A stretch of 64,000 nucleotides of DNA from Cohnella sp. (GTDB lineage Bacteria > Bacillota > Bacilli > Paenibacillales > Paenibacillaceae): contig NZ_JBEQAP010000031.1 of assembly GCF_041640265.1 (NCBI RefSeq), positions 3,008-67,007 of the forward strand, given 5' to 3'. The stretch's first letter is position 1, and every line of letters starts with the position of its first letter. Made by a program: the position numbers and the translations under genes. The notes beneath the pieces were generated by a model that searched no databases, was not told the DNA's origin, and was given only the letters and a program-made list of their open reading frames with translations. Below, piece after piece: positions 33,045 to 42,930 of the stretch.

Positions 33045-34301
33045 TTACGCGCTCTCTTCTTTTTTCTTGCCCTTCTTAGTCGTAAGCTCTGGGATAATCT
33101 TCTCCTTGATAACCTTCTCGGTTACCAAGCAAGTAACGACGTCATCACGGGAAGGTACTTCATACATCACGTCGAGCATGATACCCTCAATGATTGCCCG
33201 TAATCCCCGTGCTCCCGTATTCCGTTTGATCGCTTCACGAGCGATTTCATCAAGCGCGCCGCTCTCGAACTCGAGCTTCACATTGTCCATTTCAAGCAGC
33301 TTCTGATACTGCTTCACAAGTGCGTTCTTCGGTTCCGACAGGATGCGTACAAGAGCTTCCTCATCAAGCGGCTCAAGTGTGGAAATGACTGGAAGACGGC
33401 CTACAAACTCAGGGATAAGCCCGAACTTGAGCAGATCTTCCGGCTGAGCCAATGACAAGTATTCTCCAGGCTTCATTTCCTTCTGGCCCTCGAGTGCGGA
33501 GCTGAACCCAATGACCTTCTTGCCGATCCGGCGTTTGATTAACTGCTCTAGTCCGTCGAAAGCACCGCCGCAAATGAACAGGATGTTCGTAGTATCAATC
33601 TGGATAAACTCTTGATGAGGATGCTTACGTCCACCCTGAGGAGGAACGGAAGCGACAGTGCCTTCGAGAATCTTGAGCAGCGCTTGCTGCACGCCTTCAC
33701 CGGAGACATCCCTCGTAATGGAAGGGTTCTCGGATTTGCGTGCTACTTTATCGATTTCGTCGATGTAAATAATTCCGCGTTCGGCCTTCTCTACATCGTA
33801 ATCTGCTGCTTGAATGAGTTTAAGCAATATATTCTCGACGTCTTCGCCGACATAACCAGCTTCAGTCAATGAAGTTGCATCAGCGATCGCGAATGGAACG
33901 TTAATGATCTTCGCCATCGTCTGAGCGAGCAAGGTTTTACCAGATCCGGTAGGTCCGACTAACATGATATTACTCTTCTGAAGTTCAACATCCTCTAGCT
34001 TCGCTTGCGAGTTGATCCGCTTGTAGTGGTTGTATACCGCTACAGACAATGATTTCTTCGCTTGATCTTGTCCGATTACATATTGATCCAGAATATTGCG
34101 AATATCCTTTGGCTTCGGAATATCCTTCATATCGAGCTCTTCTTCGTGGCCGAGCTCCTCTTCTACGATTTCCGTGCAAAGTTCAATGCATTCATCGCAT
34201 ATATAGACGCCAGGACCAGCAACAAGTTTGCGAACCTGATCCTGTGACTTACCGCAGAATGAACATTTTAACTGGCCTTTTTCGTCGCTAAATTTAAACA
34301 T
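33045..34301 (-). CDS. clpX: ATP-dependent Clp protease ATP-binding subunit ClpX
   Basis: CSFC...CDEC zinc finger, [11 protein letters not shown] and IGF loops. Confidence 0.98.
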   Translation of the reverse strand: MFKFSDEKGQLKCSFCGKSQDQVRKLVAGPGVYICDECIELCTEIVEEELGHEEELDMKDIPKPKDIRNILDQYVIGQDQAKKSLSVAVYNHYKRINSQAKLEDVELQKSNIMLVGPTGSGKTLLAQTMAKIINVPFAIADATSLTEAGYVGEDVENILLKLIQAADYDVEKAERGIIYIDEIDKVARKSENPSITRDVSGEGVQQALLKILEGTVASVPPQGGRKHPHQEFIQIDTTNILFICGGAFDGLEQLIKRRIGKKVIGFSSALEGQKEMKPGEYLSLAQPEDLLKFGLIPEFVGRLPVISTLEPLDEEALVRILSEPKNALVKQYQKLLEMDNVKLEFESGALDEIAREAIKRNTGARGLRAIIEGIMLDVMYEVPSRDDVVTCLVTEKVIKEKIIPELTTKKGKKKEESA

Positions 34302-34313
34302 AGTAACCCTCCT

Positions 34314-34913
34314 TTAGGATACAGTCGGTGCGGGAATCGGTGATGTAATTACCCTATCGACTAATCCGTATTGCATTGCATCTTCCGCACTCATGAAATT
34401 ATCACGATCCGTATCCCGGTCAATCTTCTCATAAGTCTGTCCGGTACGTTCAACGTAAATCTTGTTCAGCTTTTCTTTCGTCTTGATGATCCATTCCGCA
34501 TGAATCTTAATATCGGATGCCTGACCTCTTACCCCGCCTAGCGGTTGATGAATCATAATCTCGCTATTAGGCAATGCAAAACGTTTACCTGCAGCTCCGG
34601 CAGTAAGCAGTAAAGAACCCATGCTCGCGGCCATCCCCACACAAATCGTAGAGACGTCAGGCTTAATGAATTGCATCGTATCATAGATTCCCATACCGGC
34701 AGTGACTGAGCCGCCAGGAGAGTTAATATAAAGGTGGATATCCTTCTCTGGATCCTCTGCTGCCAAGAAAAGCAGTTGGGCTATGACGAGATTGGCGACG
34801 TCGTCATCAATCGCGCTTCCGAGAAAAATGATCCGGTCCTTCAAAAGCCTAGAATAGATGTCGTACGACCGTTCTCCACGATTCGTTTGTTCGACGACCA
34901 TTGGTATCAACAT
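34314..34913 (-). CDS. clpP: Clp protease proteolytic subunit
   Basis: [13 protein letters not shown] and MIHQP motifs; start at ATG 34913. Confidence 0.97.
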   Translation of the reverse strand: MLIPMVVEQTNRGERSYDIYSRLLKDRIIFLGSAIDDDVANLVIAQLLFLAAEDPEKDIHLYINSPGGSVTAGMGIYDTMQFIKPDVSTICVGMAASMGSLLLTAGAAGKRFALPNSEIMIHQPLGGVRGQASDIKIHAEWIIKTKEKLNKIYVERTGQTYEKIDRDTDRDNFMSAEDAMQYGLVDRVITSPIPAPTVS

Positions 34914-35048
34914 GCATCCAACCCCTTTTCCCTTTTGGACTTCAAATCTCGGTAATATTTTAACACGTTCAAAACGGAATGTCATGTTGACGAGTTGTAA
35001 CCAATCGAACAAGCTAACTTCCGGTAATACGAATATGTATTCGGGGTG

Positions 35049-35081
35049 AAAAATAAGGCACGCGAGTTACACGTGCCTTAT
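35049..35081 (-). terminator. tig terminator
   Basis: ATAAGGCACG...CGTGCCTTAT with A-run. Confidence 0.75.
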
Positions 35082-35092
35082 CGTAATATTGC

Positions 35093-36382
35093 TTAAGCTG
35101 ATTTGCTGTTTTCTACTAGGAACTTCACTGCTTTGCGTACTTTCAGGTCTGACCCTAGGTTTTCTAGGTAGCCGTTCGCAGCAAAAATATCACGAAGCTC
35201 TTGTGATGGTCGATTATATAGCTTGGAAAGATTCTCTAGCTCTTCATCGATATCGGCATCGGATACTTCCAGCTTCTCCGCTTTTGCAATTTCTTCAAGA
35301 ACAAGATTGTTGCGAACGCGCTTCTCAGCATCGCCCTTCATTTGCTCTTTGAGCGCAGCTTCATCTTGACCGCTGAACTGGAAGTACAATTCCAAGTTCA
35401 TGCCTTGCTGACGCAAGCGGTTCTCGAAGTCCTTCATCATGTCCGTGATTTCGTTATCGACCATTACTTGTGGAATTTCCAGCTCGGCAGCTTCTGTCGC
35501 CTTGTCAACGATAGCTGTTTCACGGGCGACTTCCGCATCCTTGGCTTTGCGTTCTGCTAGCTTGCTCGACAAATCGGCTTTGTACTCATCCAATGTATCG
35601 AACTCGCTGACGTCCTTAGCGAATTCATCGTCGAGAGCAGGAAGGTTTTTGCGTTTAATTTCGTGCAGTGTCACTTTGAAAACAACCGGTTTGCCCGCAA
35701 GATTCTCGGCTTGATAGTTTTCCGGGAAAGTGACGTTAATTTCTTTCTCTTCAGCGATGTTAAGACCCACAACCTGCTCCTCGAAGCCAGGGATGAAAGA
35801 ACCGGAGCCTAGCTCAAGCGCATACCGCTCGCCTTTGCCGCCCTCGAACGGTTCGCCGTCCAAGAAGCCTTCGAAGTCAATGACCGTATGATCTCCAGCT
35901 TGTGCTGGACCTTCTTCCATCACAACCAGCTCAGCATGTCGCTGTTGCAGACGTTCGAGTTCAGCAGCAATCTCTTCGTCCGAGACAGTTGCTTCTTGGG
36001 CAGGAACTTCCAAGCCTTTGTAAGCGCCAAGCTTAACTTCAGGTTTAACCGTTACTTTAGCTTTGAATTTGAAGGATTGGCCCTTACCAAATTGTTCTAC
36101 GTCTACATCCGGACGATCGATTGGTTCAACGCCTGTTTCCTCAATCGCTTTCGTGTAAGCTTCAGGAAGCAGAATATCAATCGCATCTTGGTAGAGGCTC
36201 TCAATTCCGAAACGAGCTTCGAATATACCGCGCGGCACTTTACCTTTGCGAAATCCTGGTACATTTACTTTCTGAACGACTTTGCGAAATGCCTTGTCCA
36301 ATGCTAGAGATACTTGCTCCGCATCAATTTCAACGTTTAGAACCCCAACGTTCTTCTCTATCTTTTCCCAGTTTGCTATCAT
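35093..36382 (-). CDS. tig: Trigger factor
   Basis: GFRKGK ribosome-binding motif and FKBP domain FIPGFE. Confidence 0.97.
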   Translation of the reverse strand: MIANWEKIEKNVGVLNVEIDAEQVSLALDKAFRKVVQKVNVPGFRKGKVPRGIFEARFGIESLYQDAIDILLPEAYTKAIEETGVEPIDRPDVDVEQFGKGQSFKFKAKVTVKPEVKLGAYKGLEVPAQEATVSDEEIAAELERLQQRHAELVVMEEGPAQAGDHTVIDFEGFLDGEPFEGGKGERYALELGSGSFIPGFEEQVVGLNIAEEKEINVTFPENYQAENLAGKPVVFKVTLHEIKRKNLPALDDEFAKDVSEFDTLDEYKADLSSKLAERKAKDAEVARETAIVDKATEAAELEIPQVMVDNEITDMMKDFENRLRQQGMNLELYFQFSGQDEAALKEQMKGDAEKRVRNNLVLEEIAKAEKLEVSDADIDEELENLSKLYNRPSQELRDIFAANGYLENLGSDLKVRKAVKFLVENSKSA

Positions 36383-36492
36383 ATTATGCTTTCCCCTCCG
36401 TAACATCTTACCGCTTCGATGCGGTCATTCACCTAAACCAAACCACTCTATTATAGAACAACATCACGCCTCATTCAAGGCGGTAATTCCAA

Positions 36493-37419
36493 TCAATGAG
36501 GAGTCGAGCGCGGCTCAATGGAATATTGACGCAGTGAACGAAGCGCTTGCTCATATCGAAACCGCAATTCACCCGTAATTCCATATTGCTCCCTGATCCA
36601 CTCGTCCCCTTGTTTGCCATGCAATTTCTCCATCAGCACTTGATGTAAAGCCGCCCCCCAAAGATCGCTTACGCTATCCTCATCTTCAATCATGCTTCTG
36701 TATATCTGGGTTCCATAAGCGACTTCGACGAATTCCTTCCACATCTCATCTGCAAAGTAAGAAAGCGTTGGGTCGGACACCTCAGTCGCTTGATGAACCC
36801 TCTCGAGCACTTGATGAATGCCTTGCGGAAAATCGGTGAAAGAAATCGGTGTATCCTCTGCCTCAATACTAAGGCTTTCTCCGTTTCTCCAGAAGGCAAC
36901 CTGTCCAGTTACGCCTTGCTTACGTAAAACCTGAAGGGCTCGGAATTGTACAGGCGGGATATATTCTTCTCTCGCCAGCCATTGGCGCAAGGAAATCTCA
37001 ATGTCCGGATGGGTCAAATGCATCAATTGACCCAGAACCAAAAGCTGCTGCTCTGGGTCGTCTCCGTTATAGAGAGTTGCTAATAACTGAGGAATATACT
37101 CGGGATCCGTTAATGAGCGGTCAGTCACCCGCTGCCTGATCCAGTCTTCTTCTTCCTGCGACTCTTCTCCATCCTCTATACCCAAAGCTTCCGATATCGA
37201 ACCGCTCTCAACCTCGGGGAACGCCGCTTCTAACCAGCCCAGCAGCGCCTGCCATTCTGTATGATAGCGCTCAGCGTTTCCATGACATTGCAGGAGGAAA
37301 TGGAGTAGTGCTTTAGAATCACCGTAACGTTCCGTCTCTAACATCTTGGTCAATTGAATTTGATAATAATCCAATGTCTTTGGAAATAATACCAAGTTAT
37401 CCTTGGCGTGATCCGTCAT
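36493..37419 (-). CDS. YsoA-like helical-repeat protein
   Basis: N-terminal NLVLFPK, position upstream of tig, RBS GGAAGGGGAG. Confidence 0.65.
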   Translation of the reverse strand: MTDHAKDNLVLFPKTLDYYQIQLTKMLETERYGDSKALLHFLLQCHGNAERYHTEWQALLGWLEAAFPEVESGSISEALGIEDGEESQEEEDWIRQRVTDRSLTDPEYIPQLLATLYNGDDPEQQLLVLGQLMHLTHPDIEISLRQWLAREEYIPPVQFRALQVLRKQGVTGQVAFWRNGESLSIEAEDTPISFTDFPQGIHQVLERVHQATEVSDPTLSYFADEMWKEFVEVAYGTQIYRSMIEDEDSVSDLWGAALHQVLMEKLHGKQGDEWIREQYGITGELRFRYEQALRSLRQYSIEPRSTPH

Positions 37420-37579
37420 GAGATACTCCCCTTCCATGTAAAACGGCTTCGCCGTCATTAGGATGGCGGTATGTATTCGCTTGGCTCGATTCTTTCGCAT
37501 TATATCATGAACGCCAGGCAAAATGAAAAAGTGAAGAAGGTTATGAAATGATGATTAACTGCATCAAGCTTTCCATCTA

Positions 37580-37609
37580 TTGAAATTGGTCTTCCAGATA
37601 TGCTATGAT
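37580..37609 (+). promoter_or_regulatory. SigA promoter of tRNA-Gly
   Basis: TTGAAA-N18-TATGAT with extended -10 TG. Confidence 0.65.
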
Positions 37610-37630
37610 ACGTCATGTTTCAGTTGACAT

Positions 37631-37704
37631 GCGGGTGTAGTTCAGTGGCAGAACGCCAGCTTCCCAAGCTTGAGGCGAGGGTTCGATTCCCTTCACCCGC
37701 TCCA
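37631..37704 (+). tRNA. tRNA-Gly (anticodon CCC)
   Basis: GCGGGTG/CACCCGC acceptor stem, U73, encoded CCA, loop TT-CCC-AA, GGTTCGATTCC. Confidence 0.93.
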
Positions 37705-37883
37705 TAATGAATTTACTTCCCCGGAAGGGAAACGGACCCTCAGCGGTTCGACCGTCCGTAAAAGCTTCCTTGAATAATCCCAGTAGGACGCGCGTCGACT
37801 TCATCTTCCACTCGTTCCCGAACGGGAACCTTTTAATCCGAGATGTCGAGTATTCCCTTCACCCGCTCCATAATTAACTTACT
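37686..37883 (+). mobile_element. Mini-island bounded by a duplicated tRNA-Gly 3' end (att-like direct repeats)
   Basis: ATTCCCTTCACCCGCTCCATAAT at 37686-37708 and 37852-37874 (30/32 bp with extension); repeat is seen, mobility is inferred. Confidence 0.6.
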
Positions 37884-37910
37884 AAAGCCCTGCCTAGCAC
37901 GGCTTTTTTT
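37884..37910 (+). terminator. Terminator after the tRNA-Gly repeat unit
   Basis: AAAGCCcTGC-cta-GCAcGGCTTTTTTT. Confidence 0.75.
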
Positions 37911-37930
37911 AACAGGGTGAATAGATATCG

Positions 37931-38117
37931 AACTGTAAAAACTACAGGTCTTTAGAGATTATACCACCGCTCCAATTTACAACCTGTATTATGTGCAGGA
38001 GAAATCAAGCAAAAACCTTGGAATTGCGATAAATCACCTAAAACAACTGTACTAAATACAGCTTATTTATCCCTGAACCCCCGATTCAAGTAAAACAACT
38101 GCACTAAATGCAGGTTA
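37931..38117. repeat. Four CTGYA-N5-TRCAG palindromic units
   Basis: Cores at 37933, 37984, 38047 and 38099 (spacing 51, 63, 52); the last two share TAAAACAACTGYACTAAATRCAG. Confidence 0.7.
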
Positions 38118-38231
38118 GGCGAAAAAATAGGCGCATCACTCTCCTAAGCTAATGGACTTTAAATGGCGGGTGCTGCCGCGAAACTGTATTAAAGATGCTT
38201 CAAGAGTTCAGGACAAGGAATTAATTAGACC

Positions 38232-38261
38232 TTGCATAACGATGAAGTATTGTGCTATGAT
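38232..38261 (+). promoter_or_regulatory. SigA promoter of tRNA-Arg
   Basis: TTGCAT-N18-TATGAT with extended -10 TG. Confidence 0.7.
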
Positions 38262-38272
38262 AGTTCTCGCGT

Positions 38273-38349
<77 letters not shown>

Positions 38350-38368
38350 TTCCATATTCAATTATAAT

Positions 38369-38417
38369 AAAGCTCGTTATTGTGGCGTCATTCATGCCCA
38401 GTAATGGGCTTTTTTTG
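38369..38417 (+). terminator. tRNA-Arg terminator
   Basis: AAAGCTCGTTATTG...CAGTAATGGGCTTTTTTT. Confidence 0.7.
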
Positions 38418-38446
38418 AACTCTAGATCGGTCCATATTCGCTTTAT

Positions 38447-38903
38447 TCAAACGGATAACGCAAATTCCATTGTTTCTTCACCCTTCACATGCAAGCTCGC
38501 AGATCGACCAAACAAGAACATAGGGATATGGATATAGCCCTTTGTGCCTGAACGGCTCCATTTAGAATAGCTGTCTGTCTTGCCCCCTTCGTATTCCATC
38601 GGCAGAGAGAACTGCTCATCGACTCCAGTCGCTCCAATTCTTGCGCTGCTTTTGATGGTTACCGGCTGAGTACCGAAGACCATGGAAGCAAATGATACAG
38701 GATAAATACCGGCATCCAGTAATGCCCCGCCGCCAAGATCGGGATCCAGCAGACGACTCTCAGGCTGCCAACCGATATCGAAGCCGAAGGCAACTGCATC
38801 TAACTGCGCTCCTTCTGCGAACCCCAGATCCTTTACGAAAAGCTTGGAAATACCTCCAGGCCCTGCAATACCCCATTTGATTGGCGTACCGTCATCGTTT
38901 CAA
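38447..38903 (-). pseudogene. Gfo/Idh/MocA oxidoreductase remnant
   Basis: IKWGIAGPGGIS (Rossmann) joined in frame to GGGALLDAGIYP and TGVD; TTG start is out of frame; middle and C-terminus missing. Confidence 0.8.
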
Positions 38904-39063
38904 CTACTCCTTCTATATTCTTCTTCACTCTTCAGATAAACCCATTATCTCATATTGATTTTTTTTTGCAGGTTTGTTTTGCACCAAAAACATGTTTAAC
39001 TGCTACCCCCTTTTCGTTTAATAGGTGATATTGAATCCAACATGGGCAAAAGGAGGCACTCAA

Positions 39064-39954
39064 ATGAAAATAAAAGAAAAAGTGATCGAATTCGTACTCT
39101 GTTTAGTTTCCCGCTTCCGAGAAGACGATGTTCCTTCTCTGGGTGCCCAATTGACTTATTATTTAATTCTTGCTTTTTTCCCCTTTTTGATTTTCCTAGT
39201 GAGTATAATCGGTTTCGCCCATCTTTCAGCAGATGCGTTAATTGCCGAGTTTATTCGCGTAATGCCTTCCGATACGGGAACAACGGTTAGAGAGATCATA
39301 ATTGAAGTTACTGAGAATCGTAATGGCGCTTTGCTTTCCTTAGGTATGCTGGCAACGATCTGGGCCTCCTCTAATGGCGTGAACGCTATAATTAAAGGGT
39401 TGAATAAGGCCTACGACGAGGAAGAAGACAGACCCTTCTGGAAGGTCCGCGGAATGTCAGTGCTCGCGACGTTTGTTCTCGCTATCGTTATCCTCATAAG
39501 TATGGTGATGCTTGTCTTCGGCAGAAGGATCGGAGAATACTTCTTTCAGTGGATGAACTATCCCGCAGGCTTCAAGCTTATATGGGGTGTATTAAAGCTT
39601 GTGATTCCAGTAATCGCCCTCTTCTCTGTCTTTATGCTTCTTTACCGGGTGACACCAAACCGAAGGCTAACGTGGAGAGCGGTAATTCCGGGCTCTATCT
39701 TTACAACGATCGGTTGGATTGTGACTTCCTTGCTATTCTCCTTCTACGTCAATCAGTTCGGTAACTATACAAAAACATACGGCAGTCTTGGCGGGATTAT
39801 CGTGCTCTTGGTTTGGCTGTATTGGAGCTCCATTATCGTACTGCTTGGCGGTGAGGTTAACGCGGCATTAGTTTTCAGTAAGGAAGGAAAGATCAAATGC
39901 GAAACGAAGCAATTTGGGTTATACCTGCCTTGGATGAAGCGGAAATCGAAATAA
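39064..39954 (+). CDS. YihY/BrkB family membrane protein
   Basis: AQLTYYLILAFFP, LNKAY and YGSLGG motifs; RBS AAAGGAGG before ATG 39064. Confidence 0.92.
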   Translation: MKIKEKVIEFVLCLVSRFREDDVPSLGAQLTYYLILAFFPFLIFLVSIIGFAHLSADALIAEFIRVMPSDTGTTVREIIIEVTENRNGALLSLGMLATIWASSNGVNAIIKGLNKAYDEEEDRPFWKVRGMSVLATFVLAIVILISMVMLVFGRRIGEYFFQWMNYPAGFKLIWGVLKLVIPVIALFSVFMLLYRVTPNRRLTWRAVIPGSIFTTIGWIVTSLLFSFYVNQFGNYTKTYGSLGGIIVLLVWLYWSSIIVLLGGEVNAALVFSKEGKIKCETKQFGLYLPWMKRKSK

Positions 39955-39994
39955 TCGTTTCCATCGGGGAGATAATCACGCGACTCACCTTTCC

Positions 39995-40046
39995 AAAAAT
40001 AAAAATGGGCCGTATCTGAGGCGATTACCTTCAGATACAGCCCGTT
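39995..40046. terminator. Terminator between convergent genes
   Basis: ATGGGCCGTATCTGA...TCAGATACAGCCCGT with A-runs on the left. Confidence 0.65.
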
Positions 40047-40092
40047 CTCATAAAGACTTGAGTATAATTAGCGATTATGGGGTTTAGCCGGA

Positions 40093-40203
40093 CTATTTTC
40101 CCCAGGGTGAAAAGTGTTGATCTTTAGCTTTTCTTCCACGAATTCTCCCCTTTTTTGGCAATTTGGTTGCCTGTGTTTTTCTTGAATTTTTCTGCCATGT
40201 CAT
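40093..40203 (-). CDS. Putative 36-aa basic small protein
   Basis: RBS GGGAGGTG, then MTWQKNSRKTQATKLPKKGRIRGRKAKDQHFSPWGK; below the ORF-track cutoff. Confidence 0.5.
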   Translation of the reverse strand: MTWQKNSRKTQATKLPKKGRIRGRKAKDQHFSPWGK

Positions 40204-40221
40204 TCTTCACCTCCCAGTTAA

Positions 40222-40572
40222 TTAGTGCTTAAAGGTTAAATTTCTTTCAAGCTCTTCGCTAATTCCATCGACAGCCAATATTTGCTCTGCAAAATCGTCT
40301 CTGTCATTAGCCGCCAAATGGTCAGGAGATGAGAACATCGACGCAGTCAATTCTTCGAAAGCGGAATGCAGATTATTATCAAACCAATCAATCTCTTGAT
40401 CCGCATCATTGCCTATCAGCCTTACAAGCTGATACGAACCATTCTGACCAACTCGGAAATAGGCGAGCATCTGCGGATTCCGCCCATGGTCGGTTAACAC
40501 TTCCACTTCCGCATAAGACTGCCCTCCCCGGTATAATACCCGGCGAAAGCGAGCCTCTTTAACCTTCATCAT
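40222..40572 (-). CDS. Hypothetical protein
   Basis: RBS GGGAGG before ATG ATG; operon-like spacing. Confidence 0.75.
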   Translation of the reverse strand: MMKVKEARFRRVLYRGGQSYAEVEVLTDHGRNPQMLAYFRVGQNGSYQLVRLIGNDADQEIDWFDNNLHSAFEELTASMFSSPDHLAANDRDDFAEQILAVDGISEELERNLTFKH

Positions 40573-40596
40573 AAGCAACCTCCCTCCCAGCGGGGC

Positions 40597-40926
40597 TCAA
40601 TGCAAAATATTCATGGATTCAATATGCCGCTTCGTTTCTTCATTTCCGAGCTTGTAAAGCTGCTTGTAAATATCTTTGAACAGCGCATTATAAGTCGGAT
40701 CTTCCGGATTATCGCTGACCGATGGCCAACCGCTGAAGCGAAACGCGTTATCTTCATCCGCGTCTTGCAATTCCTCGAACAATTCCTGCAGCTTAGTGAG
40801 CTCATCTTCATTCGCGCGAATGGCGAATTCGAAGGCGGCCGCCTCCCGATCTTCTAAAATTTGGCCAGCTCCGACGGCTACGTAATACGTTTTTCTATTC
40901 GACTCGAGAGATGAGGTATCATTCAT
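40597..40926 (-). CDS. Hypothetical acidic protein
   Basis: RBS AAGGAG; KTYYVAV...FEFAIRA; ends HIESMNIL. Confidence 0.8.
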   Translation of the reverse strand: MNDTSSLESNRKTYYVAVGAGQILEDREAAAFEFAIRANEDELTKLQELFEELQDADEDNAFRFSGWPSVSDNPEDPTYNALFKDIYKQLYKLGNEETKRHIESMNILH

Positions 40927-41063
40927 TTGTTAATAGGTCTCCTTCCCCCTGTTATTGAACTGTATGTCCTCTGTATTTTCTCCATGAGGACATACATTTT
41001 ATGCCTTTTTTCGCATATCCATCTTATGATCGGTTGTTAAGCATAGAGGAGGGTTGAGGACAT

Positions 41064-42920
41064 ATGTGTGGAATCACCGGATGGGTTGATTGGAATCAAG
41101 ATTTGACAACAAAGGCGGATACTATTGAGAAAATGACCGAAACTCTTGAGCTGCGAGGGCCTGATGCGTCCGGAACCTGGCTCTCTCGTCATTGCGCCTT
41201 TGGACATCGACGCTTGTCTGTCATGGACCCTGCGAATGGCGCTCAGCCCATGGTATGCCCCGTTAAAACGGCAGAGCAGCATGACTGCGTGCTTATTTAT
41301 AACGGTGAGCTCTATAATGCTCCTGAGCTTCGCAAAGAATTAGAGGGACTGGGATATCGCTTCCGTACAACCTGTGATACGGAAGCTTTGCTGTTGTCCT
41401 ATGTAGAGTGGGGACCGGAATGTGTTGAGAAGTTTAACGGCATCTTCGCCTTTGCGATCTGGCAAACCGATGAGGAGAAATTGTTCATGGCACGAGATCG
41501 ATTAGGCGTTAAACCTCTTTTTTATCGTCGAGAGGAGGGAAGGCTCTTATTCGGATCAGAGCCCAAAGCGATATTGGCACATCCAGACGTGCCTGCAGAA
41601 ATTGATGCGGAGGGACTTGCGGAATTATTCGTCATCGGTCCTGCGCGCACACCTGGACATGGGGTATGGCGGAACTTCTTTGAGCTTAAGCCAGGACACT
41701 GCATGATCTATGACCGTAATGGAATGAGGATAACGACTTATTGGCAGCTTGAGAGCAAGGAGCATGAAGAGAATGAATCCGAAACTGCTGATAGAGTCGG
41801 CGCTCTGCTTGCCGATACGGTTGAGCGACAGCTTGTATCAGACGTTCCCGTATGTACTCTTCTCTCCGGTGGTCTTGATTCAAGCGCACTAACCGCAATT
41901 GCCGTCGAATATTATAAGCAAACGCAGCAAGGAGAGGTGCATACCTACTCCGTTGATTATGTAGACAACGATAAACATTTTCAAGCTCACGAATTCCAGC
42001 CGAATTCCGATGCACCATGGATCACACGGATGACCCAGCACTTATCCACCGTTCATCATCCGATACAATTCGATACTCCGGAGCTTGTGAATGCACTCGA
42101 AGCGGCTGTGCTGGCCAAGGATATGCCGGGGATGGCAGATATCGACGCTTCCCTTTATTTATTTTGCCGGGAGATTAAGAAGGAAGCTACTGTAGCCATA
42201 TCGGGTGAAGCAGCGGACGAAATTTTCGGAGGGTACCCTTGGTTTCACCGGGAGGATGCTCTGCAAGCGGAAACCTTCCCTTGGTCATTGGCTACGGACA
42301 TGCGTGCCGGACTTTTATCCTCAGAACTTAAAGAACAGCTGCGTCCAAAAGAATACTTAGCCGATCGGTATGCTCAGGCGGTTGCCGAGGTTCCTAAGCT
42401 GCCTGGAGAAGACTTAAGCCATGAACGGATGCGAAAGATGTCTTATTTGAATATTACCCGATTTATGCCTACTTTACTTGACCGCAAGGATCGGATGAGC
42501 ATGGCGGTAGGGCTTGAGGTCCGCGTTCCCTATTGCGATCATCGCTTAGTCGAATATGTATGGAACATCCCATGGGAAATTAAAACAGCGGGGGATCGCG
42601 AGAAGGGTATTCTGAGAAAATCATTGGAGGGCGTTCTTCCGCATGACGTACTGTATCGTAAGAAAAGTCCTTACCCTAAGACCCATAACCCGAATTATTT
42701 GACCGCTGTCCGCACTCGCCTGCAGGAGAGACTGGAAGATCCGAGCTCCCCGCTTCTTCCGCTTATCAACGTATCCAGAATACGGGAGCTGATAGCTTCT
42801 TCCGATGTAAACTCTCATTTTCCCTGGTTCGGTCAGCTAATGTCGGGTCCACAGTTATTCGCTTATTTACTGCAAATGGACTACTGGTTAAGACATTACA
42901 AGGTCAAGATTATACTTTAA
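41064..42920 (+). CDS. asnB: Asparagine synthase (glutamine-hydrolyzing), AsnO-like
   Basis: MCGI Ntn Cys, RGPD, SGGLDSS and SGEAADE motifs. Confidence 0.94.
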   Translation: MCGITGWVDWNQDLTTKADTIEKMTETLELRGPDASGTWLSRHCAFGHRRLSVMDPANGAQPMVCPVKTAEQHDCVLIYNGELYNAPELRKELEGLGYRFRTTCDTEALLLSYVEWGPECVEKFNGIFAFAIWQTDEEKLFMARDRLGVKPLFYRREEGRLLFGSEPKAILAHPDVPAEIDAEGLAELFVIGPARTPGHGVWRNFFELKPGHCMIYDRNGMRITTYWQLESKEHEENESETADRVGALLADTVERQLVSDVPVCTLLSGGLDSSALTAIAVEYYKQTQQGEVHTYSVDYVDNDKHFQAHEFQPNSDAPWITRMTQHLSTVHHPIQFDTPELVNALEAAVLAKDMPGMADIDASLYLFCREIKKEATVAISGEAADEIFGGYPWFHREDALQAETFPWSLATDMRAGLLSSELKEQLRPKEYLADRYAQAVAEVPKLPGEDLSHERMRKMSYLNITRFMPTLLDRKDRMSMAVGLEVRVPYCDHRLVEYVWNIPWEIKTAGDREKGILRKSLEGVLPHDVLYRKKSPYPKTHNPNYLTAVRTRLQERLEDPSSPLLPLINVSRIRELIASSDVNSHFPWFGQLMSGPQLFAYLLQMDYWLRHYKVKIIL

Positions 42921-42930
42921 TGGGTCGACC

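Noticed and set aside
34914-35040. CtsR box upstream of clpP
   Set aside because: No GGTCAAA-type heptad repeat visible
37613-37804. 63-aa ORF on the - strand
   Set aside because: Antisense shadow of the tRNA (MERVKGIEP pattern)
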